NCBI GenBank assembly: GCA_964195715.1
Contig: CAXMRU010000224.1
Span: 13,601-77,600 of the forward strand
Direction: 5' to 3'
DNA length: 64,000 nucleotides
DNA from: Akkermansiaceae bacterium
GTDB taxonomy: Bacteria; Gemmatimonadota; Gemmatimonadetes; Palauibacterales; Palauibacteraceae
Part shown: piece after piece, positions 9,741 through 19,433 of the stretch
How positions within the stretch are numbered: position 1 is the stretch's first letter
Layout of the letters: every line of letters begins with the position of its first letter
The notes under the pieces: generated by a model
Told to the model about the DNA's origin: nothing
Databases searched by the model: none
The model's input: only the letters and a program-made list of their open reading frames with translations
Translations under genes and position numbers: made by a program

Positions 9741-11312
9741 CTACTCATCGATTCCGAGGATCGGCATGCGGTCGAAGCGCAGGTCCGAAACACCCATCTG
9801 CACCGGTGCGGAGACAGCCCGGTGCTCGACCTGTTCGATCAAGGCCTCCACGGACGCCGACGTCCGCGACAGGAACGGCTGGGGGTAGACACCAATCAGC
9901 ACGATCATGACAAGTGCCGGGGCCAGGACGAGGCGCTCACGAACTCCGATGTCGCTGAGGACCCGGTTCTCCTCCCTGTCGACCTCGCCGTACAGCATCC
10001 GTTGCACCATGGGCAGCATGTACGCAGCCGCGAAGATCACCCCTGTCGCCGCGATGAATGCGACCACGGGATACTTCTGGAACGTCCCGAGGAGGATCAG
10101 GAACTCACCGATGAATCCGTTCGTTCCCGGGAGACCGATCGAACTCAAAGCGACAAGGAGGAAAGATGCCGCGAAGACGGGCATCACCTTCGCAATCCCG
10201 CCGAAGTCATCGATCATGCGCGTGTGCCTCCTCTCGTACAGCATCCCGACGAGGAGGAACAGGGCCCCGGTGGAGATTCCGTGGTTGACCATCTGCAGGA
10301 TCCCGCCCTGGAGTCCCTGGGTCGTCAGGGAGAACAGACCCATCATCACGAATCCGAGATGGGCGACCGACGTGTAGGCCACGAGCTTCTTGGCGTCTGG
10401 CTGAACCGCCGCCACCCAGGCTCCGTAAATGATGCCGACCAGACTCAGCACCAGGATCGTGCCCACCACGACCGGGCTGGTGGCAGCGTGCGAGAAGAAC
10501 GGCATCGCGAACCGGAGGAACCCGTACGCGCCCATCTTGAGGAGCACGCCGGCCAGGATCACTGAACCGGCGGTCGGCGCCTCCACGTGCGCATCCGGAA
10601 GCCAGGTGTGCAGGGGGAACAGCGGCACCTTGATCGCGAAAGCGAGCGCGAACGCCGAGAACAGGACGAACTGCAGGTCGCGGCCAATCGGCAACTGCAC
10701 GAGGTCGTTGTACGCGAACGTGACCACCCCGTACTGGCGATAGTACAGGTACACGATCACCACGATCGCGACGAGCATGAGCAGGGATCCGATGGCCGTG
10801 AACAGGAAAAACTTCACGGCGGCGTAGACGCGGCGCTTCCCACCCCACACCCCGATGATGAAGTACATCGGAATGAGCATGATCTCCCAGAAGAGGAAGA
10901 ACAGGAACATGTCCAGAGACACGAAAACGCCGATCATGGCGGCCAGCAGAAGGAGCAGCATGGCGTAGTACGCCCGCTGGTGACGCTGGATATAGGTAAA
11001 GGAGGCGAGGATCGCGAGCGGCGTCACGAACGTCGTGAGAAGCACCATGAGGATCGAGATACCGTCTATTCCGATCGTGAATCCGATGCCCCAGGCCTCG
11101 ATCCACGGAACCGAGACGTAGTTCTGTATGGCGGCCGTGCCCGTACGAAACGTCCAGAACAGCGGAAGCGAGATCGCGAACGCGACCACGCTCGTCAGCA
11201 TGGCCACGTACCGGGACTGCTCCTCCCGCACGATCAGGCACAGCGCTGCCCCTGCCATCGGCAGGATCAGCAGCAGGCTCAGGACCCAGTGGCTTTCGAA
11301 GAAATTGCTCAA
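9741..11312 (-). CDS. nuoM: NADH-quinone oxidoreductase subunit M
   Basis: 523 aa antiporter-like membrane subunit located between nuoL and nuoN. Confidence 0.9.
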   Translation of the reverse strand: MSNFFESHWVLSLLLILPMAGAALCLIVREEQSRYVAMLTSVVAFAISLPLFWTFRTGTAAIQNYVSVPWIEAWGIGFTIGIDGISILMVLLTTFVTPLAILASFTYIQRHQRAYYAMLLLLLAAMIGVFVSLDMFLFFLFWEIMLIPMYFIIGVWGGKRRVYAAVKFFLFTAIGSLLMLVAIVVIVYLYYRQYGVVTFAYNDLVQLPIGRDLQFVLFSAFALAFAIKVPLFPLHTWLPDAHVEAPTAGSVILAGVLLKMGAYGFLRFAMPFFSHAATSPVVVGTILVLSLVGIIYGAWVAAVQPDAKKLVAYTSVAHLGFVMMGLFSLTTQGLQGGILQMVNHGISTGALFLLVGMLYERRHTRMIDDFGGIAKVMPVFAASFLLVALSSIGLPGTNGFIGEFLILLGTFQKYPVVAFIAATGVIFAAAYMLPMVQRMLYGEVDREENRVLSDIGVRERLVLAPALVMIVLIGVYPQPFLSRTSASVEALIEQVEHRAVSAPVQMGVSDLRFDRMPILGIDE

Positions 11313-11336
11313 GATTCTATTCGCTTGCTGGGATCG

Positions 11337-13370
11337 TCACAGCAGGAGCAGGGCGAGGATCAGCACCACGCCTGTCACGAACCAGAACATGTAACCGGCC
11401 ACGCGACCCGTCTGGAACAGGCTCCCCACCCATCCCACCATCCGCGTACCGGACGCCATCGCGTTCAACGTGCCGTCGATGAGGCCGACATCCACGATCC
11501 GCCAGCACCCTCGCCACAGGGCGAGAAGCGGCAGGATGATCGTTCGATCGTACAACTCGTCGACGTACCATTTGTTATACAGGATACCGGCAAACCCGGT
11601 CGGTGTCTCGGACTCCGACGCTGGCCGATAACGCCGATGCACCAACGCCCTGAAGGTCAGGATGACCACGATCAGCGCCAGGCCTGTGGCCATGATCGCC
11701 CACACGGCCTCGCCTCCACCGAGCGGCGACTCGTGTGCCTGGTGGAGTCCGTGCTCTGTCATCACTTGCCGCGCTGGCTCCATTACCGGCTCCAGCCAGT
11801 GGTGCAGCGCATCCACCGCCGGCAGCGCCGGAAGGGACTCCGGAATCTGTATCCAGCCGCCTACCACCGATAGCAACGCCAGGATCGCGAGCGGTACCCA
11901 CATGACCGCCGGGACCTCGCGCAAGTGCGGCTTCACATCAGCCCCGCTCCGGTTATCTCCGTGGAACGTGAGGACCATCAGCCGCGTCATGTAGCCGGCC
12001 GTGAGAAGAGCGGTCAGGATCGATACGACCCAGAGCACGGTGTAGCCATACGATCCTGCGCTCCAGATGATCTCATCCTTCGAGAAGAAACCGGCGAACG
12101 GAAAGATACCCGCGATCGCCAAGGTGCCGATCCACATCGTGCCCCAGGTGATCGGCAAGAGATTCTTCAGGCCCCCGTAGTTGCGCATGTCGTTGGGATC
12201 GTCATGCCGGTTCACCTGATGAAGCGCGTGGTGCATGGCATGAATTACGGCACCCGCCCCCAGGAACAGCAGGGCCTTGAAGAAGGCGTGGGTTATCAGG
12301 TGGAACATCCCTGCCGTAAACGCCCCGACCCCGACCGCCAGGAACATGTACCCGAGCTGCGATACGGTGCTGTACGCCAGCACTTTCTTAATGTCGTACT
12401 GCTGCATCGCGATCGTCGCCGCGAACAGAGCGGTTCCGGCGCCGATCGCGGCTACGGTCGCCTGAGAGACCGGCGCCATCGCGAACAGTACGCCCGCACG
12501 CGCAACCAGGTAGACGCCCGCGGTCACCATGGTCGCGGCGTGGATCAGCGCAGAGACCGGCGTCGGACCCGCCATAGCGTCAGGAAGCCATACGTACAGC
12601 GGAATCTGCGCCGACTTCCCCGTCGCGCCCAGGAACAGGAGCAGAGTGATCAGCGTGACGACACCGCCGCCGAACACGAGCGTTTCCGGGGCAGCAGCGA
12701 ACACCTCTACGAAGTTCAACGTCCCGAAGTGCGTGAAGACGAGCAACATCGCGACCAGGAACCCGAAATCACCAATCCTGTTCACGATGAACGCCTTCTT
12801 TCCCGCCGACGCAAATTCCCGGTTCTCGTACCAGAAGCCGATGAGCAGATAGGAGCAAAGGCCGACCCCTTCCCACCCCACGAACACGATTGCGAAGTTC
12901 GCGCCCATCACGAGTACCGACATGAAGAACACAAACAAATTCAGGTACGAGAAGTACCGGCTGTAGCCAGGGTCATCCCGCATGTAGCCGATGCTGTAAA
13001 CATGAATCACGGACGAGACGCCCGTGACCACCAACAGCATGAGGATCGAGAGCTGATCGAACTGCAGATCGACGCCGATCGACAGATCACCGACCGCCAT
13101 CCAGGTCCACAGCGACACGATCGCCGGATCGTGTGGCATCGCCGAATGCATGGCCAGGAAGTTGGCCAGAACCACGGCGAAGGACGCCATGATGGCCAGC
13201 GGCCCGATCAGGCCGGGCACCCGCTTGCTGTCGCGCCACAGGAACGCCCCGAGACCATTGATCACGAACCCCAAGAGTGGGAACAGGAGGATCAGTCCCG
13301 GAAGAATCGGGTGATACCCGCCGTCAGCGTGCTGCGCGACCCGGAGGAACGACTCGAGGAAGTTCACCAT
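11337..13370 (-). CDS. nuoL: NADH-quinone oxidoreductase subunit L
   Basis: 677 aa antiporter-like subunit with the long C-terminal extension typical of NuoL. Confidence 0.9.
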   Translation of the reverse strand: MVNFLESFLRVAQHADGGYHPILPGLILLFPLLGFVINGLGAFLWRDSKRVPGLIGPLAIMASFAVVLANFLAMHSAMPHDPAIVSLWTWMAVGDLSIGVDLQFDQLSILMLLVVTGVSSVIHVYSIGYMRDDPGYSRYFSYLNLFVFFMSVLVMGANFAIVFVGWEGVGLCSYLLIGFWYENREFASAGKKAFIVNRIGDFGFLVAMLLVFTHFGTLNFVEVFAAAPETLVFGGGVVTLITLLLFLGATGKSAQIPLYVWLPDAMAGPTPVSALIHAATMVTAGVYLVARAGVLFAMAPVSQATVAAIGAGTALFAATIAMQQYDIKKVLAYSTVSQLGYMFLAVGVGAFTAGMFHLITHAFFKALLFLGAGAVIHAMHHALHQVNRHDDPNDMRNYGGLKNLLPITWGTMWIGTLAIAGIFPFAGFFSKDEIIWSAGSYGYTVLWVVSILTALLTAGYMTRLMVLTFHGDNRSGADVKPHLREVPAVMWVPLAILALLSVVGGWIQIPESLPALPAVDALHHWLEPVMEPARQVMTEHGLHQAHESPLGGGEAVWAIMATGLALIVVILTFRALVHRRYRPASESETPTGFAGILYNKWYVDELYDRTIILPLLALWRGCWRIVDVGLIDGTLNAMASGTRMVGWVGSLFQTGRVAGYMFWFVTGVVLILALLLL

Positions 13371-13663
13371 TTCAAGAGATTAAAGCGATCGACATCCACG
13401 AGCTCGTAGTGCCGGAAGATGGCGATGATGATGGCCAGCCCGACCGCGGCTTCCGCTGCCGCGACGGCCATAACGAAGAAAACGAACACCTGCGCCTCGA
13501 TGCCCAGCGACCGGGAGAACACGACAAGCGTCAGGTTCACCGCGTTGAGCATCAGCTCGATGCACATGAACATGATGATCGCGTTGCGCCGGAGCATGAT
13601 CCCGACCGTTCCGATCGTGAACAGCAGCGCGCTGAGTATCAGTGAATAGGTTTCGATATCCAT
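13364..13663 (-). CDS. nuoK: NADH-quinone oxidoreductase subunit K
   Basis: 99 aa three-helix subunit. Overlaps the nuoL start by 7 nt. Confidence 0.9.
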   Translation of the reverse strand: MDIETYSLILSALLFTIGTVGIMLRRNAIIMFMCIELMLNAVNLTLVVFSRSLGIEAQVFVFFVMAVAAAEAAVGLAIIIAIFRHYELVDVDRFNLLKW

Positions 13664-13670
13664 TCCGTAC

Positions 13671-14198
13671 TCACGGTGCCCTTTGGCGCGCCAGCACGAT
13701 GGCGCCCACGATGGCCACCAGCAGGAGCAGCGAAGTGATCTCGAACGGTACCAGATAGCTCCGGAACATCGGATCGGCCACCATGCCGACGGCCCCCCTG
13801 GACCGGAGCATGGCGTCCATGGTCTCCTGCCCCATGCCCCCCGCCATCGACGTGACGTGCCCGCCCCTCAGCGTCACCAACAGAAGACCGAAGAATGCGC
13901 CGCCGCCCACGATGGCAAGCATGCGGTACAGCGGACCCCGCAGGTCCCTCTTCTCCGTACGGCCGAGGTTGAGAAGCATGATGACGAACAGGAACAGGAC
14001 CAGAATGGCCCCTGCGTACACGATCAGGTTGACCGCCGCGATGAAGTGCGCATCCAGGAGGACGAAGACCCCCGACAGCGCGAAAAAGGCCATGACCAGG
14101 TACATCAGGCTTGCCAGGGGATTGCGGGCCAGCACCATGCCGGCAGCCCCACCAATCGCCATGACGGCGAACAACACGAAGAAAAAGTCTACGATCAT
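13671..14198 (-). CDS. nuoJ: NADH-quinone oxidoreductase subunit J
   Basis: 175 aa hydrophobic subunit placed between nuoI and nuoK. Confidence 0.85.
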   Translation of the reverse strand: MIVDFFFVLFAVMAIGGAAGMVLARNPLASLMYLVMAFFALSGVFVLLDAHFIAAVNLIVYAGAILVLFLFVIMLLNLGRTEKRDLRGPLYRMLAIVGGGAFFGLLLVTLRGGHVTSMAGGMGQETMDAMLRSRGAVGMVADPMFRSYLVPFEITSLLLLVAIVGAIVLARQRAP

Positions 14199-14692
14199 TC
14201 GGACAATGGGTCAGCGGGATCCCACAACGCCGTGACCTGATGGTCGTTCTCGCACAGCCGTGCCAGGTCGTAGACCCAGCGCTCACGGCTGTACTCGGCG
14301 TTCTCGTAGTGGACCCCTAAGTGAATCGCCTCTACGGGACATACCTCCTGGCAGAAGCCACAGAAGATGCAACGGAACTCGTCGATCTCGTAGACCGCAG
14401 CGTACCGCTCCCCGTTCTCGTCCTCCGCAGGAATCAGTTTGATGCAATTGACTGGACAGACGGTCGGGCAGAGCCCGCAGCCCACGCACTTCGCGCGACC
14501 ATCTTCGTGAACCGCCATCCGGTGCGTGCCTCTCCAGCGGGGTCCAAGCTCCCACTTCTCGTCCGGATATTGCTGAGTCGGCTTGTCGGTCCGCATGAAG
14601 TGCTTGAACGTGATGCCGAGCCCCTTGCTGATGGCTCGCACGTACGAAGTCTCACTCTCGGGACGCACGACGACACTCACCTCACCCGGCAT
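14195..14692 (-). CDS. nuoI: NADH-quinone oxidoreductase subunit I (2x[4Fe-4S] ferredoxin)
   Basis: Two CxxCxxCxxxCP motifs (CVGCGLCPTVCP and CIFCGFCQEVCP). The track start at 14773 overlaps nuoH. The Met at 14690-14692 (MPGEVSVVV...) lies 7 nt after the nuoH stop and gives a typical ~165 aa NuoI. Confidence 0.85.
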   Translation of the reverse strand: MPGEVSVVVRPESETSYVRAISKGLGITFKHFMRTDKPTQQYPDEKWELGPRWRGTHRMAVHEDGRAKCVGCGLCPTVCPVNCIKLIPAEDENGERYAAVYEIDEFRCIFCGFCQEVCPVEAIHLGVHYENAEYSRERWVYDLARLCENDHQVTALWDPADPLSE

Positions 14693-15971
14693 ATCGATCT
14701 TCCTCGCTTCCACTGGCGGCCATCGCGGCATGTCCCGACCGGTGCTTCTTTCTCGTCCTCGCGGTCGCTCCACGGACCAGGCGGCCGCTATCGATTACGT
14801 AAAGGAAGAACAGCATGAGAATCAGATTGAGACCGAACAGGGCCGCGGAGAAACCTATCCCCACTGACACGTCGGCCGAGTCCAGCGCGAAGATGGCCAC
14901 GGCCATCAGCATGATGTACACCATGAGAGCCGGCACGAAGACCTTCCAGCCCAGGTCCATCAACTGGTCGTAGCGGAATCGGGGGATCGTCCACCGTATG
15001 AACATGAAGAACACGACGAATAGCGTCGTCTTCATGGTAAACGCCACCAACGTCAGCAGAGTCTTCCACCACGTGGGATCACCGACCACCGTGCCATCTG
15101 CCAGCACGCGGATGTTGTCTCCCTGCCAGAACGGAATGTCCCACCCTCCGAAGAAAAACACGGAAATCAGAGCCCCGGTCGTAATCAGGTGGAAATACTC
15201 GCCAAGAAAGAACATTCCGAATTTCATGGAAGAGTATTCTGTGTGGTATCCACCCACGATCTCGGCTTCCGCTTCCGGTAGATCGAACGGAACCCGGTTC
15301 GTTTCAGCGAGACCCGAGACCAGAAAGAAGAACCCGGACACCATCAGTGGAAGAATGAACCACATTCCGTACGTCGCCGGTCCCGCAGCAAACGACTGCT
15401 GCATCGACACGAGAACCGGCATCTCTACGTTGCCCGCAAGCATCAGGACCGGGACCAGACTCATCGCCAGCCCGATCTCGTAACTGATCATCTGCGCCGA
15501 GCCCCGCAGTCCACCGAGAAACGAGTACTTGCTGTTCGAGGACCAGCCGGCCATCACCACCCCGTACACGGCCAGCGAAGAGATGGCCAATACGTAAAGG
15601 AAACCGATCGGTACGTCCGCCACGATCATGTCCACGCGGCCCCAGCGTGTCGGCAACGGGGACCCTAGCGGAATGACTCCGAACAGAACCGTGGCCGGAA
15701 ACAGGGCCAGGGCCGGTGCGAGAATGAAGAACTTCTTGTGCGCCGCCCCCGGCGTGACCTCTTCCTTCAGGATGAACTTGAGGCCATCGGCCATGACCTG
15801 CAGAATACCCAGCGGACCTACACGGTTCGGGCCACTCCTATCCTGCATGAAACCGGCGACTTTCCGCTCCATGTACGTCGACAACGCGACGCCAAGCAGA
15901 AGGATGATGAAGAAAACGATGGTTTTCAGGATTGTGGCGACGACGAAGGCCGTGCCGGTGACCGCCTCCAT
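14682..15971 (-). CDS. nuoH: NADH-quinone oxidoreductase subunit H, with a hydrophilic ~30-aa C-terminal tail
   Basis: 429 aa. Conserved NuoH/ND1 core (MQDRSGPNRVG, ...). The Arg/Lys-rich tail beyond the last helix is unusual. Confidence 0.9.
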   Translation of the reverse strand: MEAVTGTAFVVATILKTIVFFIILLLGVALSTYMERKVAGFMQDRSGPNRVGPLGILQVMADGLKFILKEEVTPGAAHKKFFILAPALALFPATVLFGVIPLGSPLPTRWGRVDMIVADVPIGFLYVLAISSLAVYGVVMAGWSSNSKYSFLGGLRGSAQMISYEIGLAMSLVPVLMLAGNVEMPVLVSMQQSFAAGPATYGMWFILPLMVSGFFFLVSGLAETNRVPFDLPEAEAEIVGGYHTEYSSMKFGMFFLGEYFHLITTGALISVFFFGGWDIPFWQGDNIRVLADGTVVGDPTWWKTLLTLVAFTMKTTLFVVFFMFIRWTIPRFRYDQLMDLGWKVFVPALMVYIMLMAVAIFALDSADVSVGIGFSAALFGLNLILMLFFLYVIDSGRLVRGATARTRKKHRSGHAAMAASGSEEDRYAG

Positions 15972-15979
15972 TCTGCCCC

Positions 15980-17557
15980 CTATTCCACAGCGACGGCCGG
16001 CTGCCCGGCCTCGCTGAGAAGTTCACCCCTGAGGCCGAGTCCGGTCCACGAGAGATCTTCCATCCCTGTCGTGCCCGCGGCCATCGCTTGAAACGCAGAT
16101 CTCACGTCGAGGACACCTTCGCCCACACCCAAGTGCTCGAGCAGCCGGCTCAGCGACATCCACGCCGGACGCGCCACGCCCGGAGCTCTCAGAGCCTGGT
16201 GGAAACGCTGCACTCGGCCTTCGTAATTGACGAAGGTCCCTTCCATCTCCGGCACCGAAGCCGCGGGGAGAATCGCCGTCGCGTTGGCCGTTGCTGGATA
16301 CAGTTGCGACCCCACGTAGAGGAAGAATCCAGCGTTCGCTCCGTAGTCGGCGGGAGCCTCGGCCAGGGCGTCGCCCAGCACCATCAGCACGCCACCGCCC
16401 GGCACATCAGGGAGTGTGTCGGAACGCTTGAATCCATGGAGCTCGGCGCCTGTCACGTTGGGTGCCCGGTCAGCCCGGAGCTTGAGCTTCGGGAAACCCG
16501 GGAGAGTGATTTCTTCACCTTGCTCTGCACGGAAGGTGCCGTCGTCGATACCCAGATTGCTGAGGAGACCCCGCAGATAATACAGGCTCTCGTTGGCCGC
16601 GCCCGCGGACACCACCGCCGCGCCGTCTCCCGCCTCGAGCCGTCCGGCGATCCAGGTGAGCGCCTCATTCCAGCTCGCGGGCTCCAGCTCACCGTCCATC
16701 CGGATTAGCGGCGCCTCGGCCCGCACGCCTCGGTTCGCCATGACCAGGTGTCGGCGGCCGTAGTCACACATCCAGTAAGAGTTCACGTCCGGGTTCAGAC
16801 GGGGCTTCGTCCGGACGATCTGATTCTCCACGACGTCGATGTTGATGTTGCAGCCAGTCGAGCAGCCGGGACAGATTCCAGGCGCCGAGTCCATGTCCCA
16901 CGCCCGCGCCTTGAACACGAAGTCCTCGTGAACCAGTGCGCCGACCGGGCACACGTCCACGATGTTGCCTCGGAAGGCGTGATCCAGATCCTTGCCTGGG
17001 AACGTGTCGATGTAGGCCTTGTGTCCGCGCTGAGCCACTACGAGCGCGTTGTCTCCGGCCAGCTCTTCCATGAACCGGACGCACCGGGTGCACACGATGC
17101 AGCGGTCACCGAAGTACAGGATGTCGTCCGCCACGCGATCGCGTCCGAGCACGAGCTTGGCTTCGTCGTAACGGCTGCGCAGCTGGCCCGTCTCGAAAGC
17201 GTAATCCTGCAACATGCACTGACCCGCCGCGTCACAGATCGGGCAGTCGAGCGGGTGGTTCAGCAGCAGGAACTCGATGACCGACTTCCTCGCCGTTTCT
17301 GCCGTCTCGCTCGTCGTGTACACGACCATGCCGTCCTGCGCTGGAAAGACGCACGACGGCTGCAGTTTGGGCTGGCCCTCGATCTCCACGAGACACATGC
17401 GGCACTGCGCCGGCCGGCTCGGGATGCCGGGGTGGTAACAGTAGTGAGGCACGACGATGCCCGCATGCTCTGCCGCCTGCAGAACCGTAGTGCCGGCCTC
17501 TACCGTAACCTCGACAGCGTCGATGGTCAGCGTGACGTGGTTCGTTGTGTCGCTCAT
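15980..17557 (-). CDS. nuoG: NADH-quinone oxidoreductase subunit G, short form (Fe-S domains, truncated molybdopterin-like domain)
   Basis: 525 aa. N-terminal 2Fe-2S and 4Fe-4S cysteine clusters (CYHPGIPSRPAQCRMC, HPLDCPICDAAGQC, CIVCTRC). Much shorter than the ~800-900 aa NuoG of many bacteria. Confidence 0.85.
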   Translation of the reverse strand: MSDTTNHVTLTIDAVEVTVEAGTTVLQAAEHAGIVVPHYCYHPGIPSRPAQCRMCLVEIEGQPKLQPSCVFPAQDGMVVYTTSETAETARKSVIEFLLLNHPLDCPICDAAGQCMLQDYAFETGQLRSRYDEAKLVLGRDRVADDILYFGDRCIVCTRCVRFMEELAGDNALVVAQRGHKAYIDTFPGKDLDHAFRGNIVDVCPVGALVHEDFVFKARAWDMDSAPGICPGCSTGCNINIDVVENQIVRTKPRLNPDVNSYWMCDYGRRHLVMANRGVRAEAPLIRMDGELEPASWNEALTWIAGRLEAGDGAAVVSAGAANESLYYLRGLLSNLGIDDGTFRAEQGEEITLPGFPKLKLRADRAPNVTGAELHGFKRSDTLPDVPGGGVLMVLGDALAEAPADYGANAGFFLYVGSQLYPATANATAILPAASVPEMEGTFVNYEGRVQRFHQALRAPGVARPAWMSLSRLLEHLGVGEGVLDVRSAFQAMAAGTTGMEDLSWTGLGLRGELLSEAGQPAVAVE

Positions 17558-17588
17558 CCGTCGGCGACTCCTCGATACAGCTCTGGTC

Positions 17589-18860
17589 TCAGCACCTGAT
17601 CAGCGTTTCGTATTCGTCGCGGAACTTGTCCAGCGAGGAGCGGAGCGGGAACACGACGCTGTCCGCCAGGGGACAGATCGTGCGCCCCGTCATCTGCTCG
17701 CACAGGTGGTACAACGTGTCGATGTCCGACAGGCTGCCCTCACCCCGTTCGATGCGGTGCAGGAGCTGCGCCGTCCACGATGTTCCCTCACGGCACTGCA
17801 CACACTGACCGCAGGACTCGTGGGCGTAAAACTGGGCGATCCTGCGCATGGCCCGGACGATGTTCGTGTCTTCGTCCATCACGATGGGCGACGCCGTGCC
17901 CAGCGCGCTTCCCGCCTCGGCCATCCCCTCATACGTGCCCTCGCAATCGAGCTCATCCGCTGTCAGCATGGCGGTGGACGACCCACCAGGGATCACTGCC
18001 TTGATCTTCTTCCCGTTCGGAGCTCCGCCGCACACGTCGTAGATCACGTCCTTGAGCGCGATCCCCATGGGGAGCTCGTACGTACCGGGTCTGACCAGGT
18101 GTCCCGAACAGCACCACAGCTTGGTCCCCGGGCTCTTCTCTGTGCCCCACTGCCTGTACCAGTCCGCACCCTCGGCGACGATCATCGGCACGGCCGCGAT
18201 CGTCTCAACGTTGTTGACCGTCGTGGGACGACCGAAGACGCCCGCCTGCGCCGGGAACGGGGGCTTGATCCAGGGTTCCGCCCGTCCGCCCATCAGCGAG
18301 CTCATGAGCCCCGTTTCTTCACCCGCGATGTAGGCCCCAGCCCCGATGTGCACGGTCACGTCGCAATTCCAGCCACTGCCGAGGATGTTCTGTCCAACGT
18401 ACCCGGCCTCGTAGGCCTCGACGACGGCGTCGGTGACAATCCGGCTGACCGGGAAAAACTCCCCGCGCACATAGATGTAGACGTGCTCGGCGCGAATCGC
18501 TCGCGCCGCGATCAGGCACCCCTCAATCAGGAGGTGCGGCACCCAACGCAGGACCTCGCGATCCTTGAACGCGCCGGGCTCGCTCTCGTCCGCGTTGCAG
18601 CACAGGTAATGTGGACCGGTCGGCTCCTGGGGCATGAAGCTCCACTTCACGCCGGTCGGAAAACCGGCTCCTCCCCTGCCCCGGAGGCCCGATTCCTTCA
18701 CCACGTCGGTGATCGCGCCAGGCTCCATCTCCAGCGCCCTGGGAAGTGTGGCGTACCCCCCGAGCTCCTTCCAACCTGCAAGCGTCCGGGCCTTCTCGTC
18801 ACCGAAGTGGCGCGAGAGGAGCGTGTTGACTTCCAGGTCGTGGCTGTACGGGTAACCCAT
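17589..18860 (-). CDS. nuoF: NADH-quinone oxidoreductase subunit F (51 kDa, FMN/NADH-binding)
   Basis: GGAGFPTGVKW FMN-binding motif and a 4Fe-4S motif near the C-terminus. The track ORF (502 aa) is over-extended. The Met at about 18860 (MGYPYSHDLEVN...) lies 14 nt after the nuoE stop and gives ~423 aa. Confidence 0.9.
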   Translation of the reverse strand: MGYPYSHDLEVNTLLSRHFGDEKARTLAGWKELGGYATLPRALEMEPGAITDVVKESGLRGRGGAGFPTGVKWSFMPQEPTGPHYLCCNADESEPGAFKDREVLRWVPHLLIEGCLIAARAIRAEHVYIYVRGEFFPVSRIVTDAVVEAYEAGYVGQNILGSGWNCDVTVHIGAGAYIAGEETGLMSSLMGGRAEPWIKPPFPAQAGVFGRPTTVNNVETIAAVPMIVAEGADWYRQWGTEKSPGTKLWCCSGHLVRPGTYELPMGIALKDVIYDVCGGAPNGKKIKAVIPGGSSTAMLTADELDCEGTYEGMAEAGSALGTASPIVMDEDTNIVRAMRRIAQFYAHESCGQCVQCREGTSWTAQLLHRIERGEGSLSDIDTLYHLCEQMTGRTICPLADSVVFPLRSSLDKFRDEYETLIRC

Positions 18861-18874
18861 GGGTTGTCGCCCGC

Positions 18875-19417
18875 CTAGTCCAGTTCGTCCAGGATCGCCG
18901 GCACCTGGTCCGGCGTCACGTTCTCGAAATAACAGTCGTTGACCTGCACCGCCGTTGCGAATCCGCACGCGCCCAGGCACTCCGCCTCGATCACCGTATA
19001 CTTGCCGTCTTCCGACACCTCGCCCGCCCGGGTCTCCGTCTCGGCGAGGAAGCGCTCGAACACTTCGTCCGCCTCGTGCAGGTGGCACGATATGCAAGTG
19101 CAGACCTGGATGAAGTGCCTGCCGACGGGGTGCTTGTTGTACATGGTGTAGAAGGTGGCGACCGATCGGACATAGGCCGGGGTCAGATCCAACGCACCGG
19201 CGATCTGCTCCATGCTTTCGTCCGAAACCCAGCCATTCCTCTCCTGTGCATATCCGAGCATTGGCAGGAGGGCCGCTCGTTTCTCAGGGTAGCGACTCAG
19301 CGCCTTCTCCAGCCGGTCTTTGCCTTCGTCGTCCTCGAATAGCCGCTCGACAGGACGGAGCTCGGCTATCTGGAACGCCTGGGAGCTGGCGGCCGCCGGA
19401 TGTATCGGGTTCTTCAC
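18875..19417 (-). CDS. nuoE: NADH-quinone oxidoreductase subunit E (24 kDa, 2Fe-2S)
   Basis: KRAALLPMLGYAQ and CxxxxC...CxxxC thioredoxin-like 2Fe-2S ligands. The track start overlaps nuoCD by 40 nt. A GTG at about 19415-19417 with a GGAG 8 nt upstream is preferred. Confidence 0.85.
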   Translation of the reverse strand: MKNPIHPAAASSQAFQIAELRPVERLFEDDEGKDRLEKALSRYPEKRAALLPMLGYAQERNGWVSDESMEQIAGALDLTPAYVRSVATFYTMYNKHPVGRHFIQVCTCISCHLHEADEVFERFLAETETRAGEVSEDGKYTVIEAECLGACGFATAVQVNDCYFENVTPDQVPAILDELD

Positions 19418-19433
19418 TGGATCTCCGTATCGA

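Noticed and set aside
9822-13409. Very long plus-strand ORFs antisense to nuoM and nuoL (247, 428 and 494 aa), rich in Arg, His, Asp, Glu, Pro and Gln
   Set aside because: They run exactly antisense to strongly conserved membrane-subunit genes, have no recognisable motifs and have extreme low-complexity composition. Stop-codon-poor antisense frames are expected in about 68%-GC DNA.
17589-19097. Track-proposed 502-aa NuoF, 284-aa phosphatase (40515..41369), 326-aa RNase H (34195..35175), 385-aa GAPDH (37746..38903), 281-aa cyclophilin (56726..57571), 1022-aa aconitase (58111..61179) and similar N-terminally long ORFs
   Set aside because: In each case the extension is non-conserved, is Arg/Gly/Pro-rich low complexity, overlaps the upstream gene, and an internal Met or GTG restores the canonical protein length. 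They were trimmed rather than reported as unusual fusion proteins.
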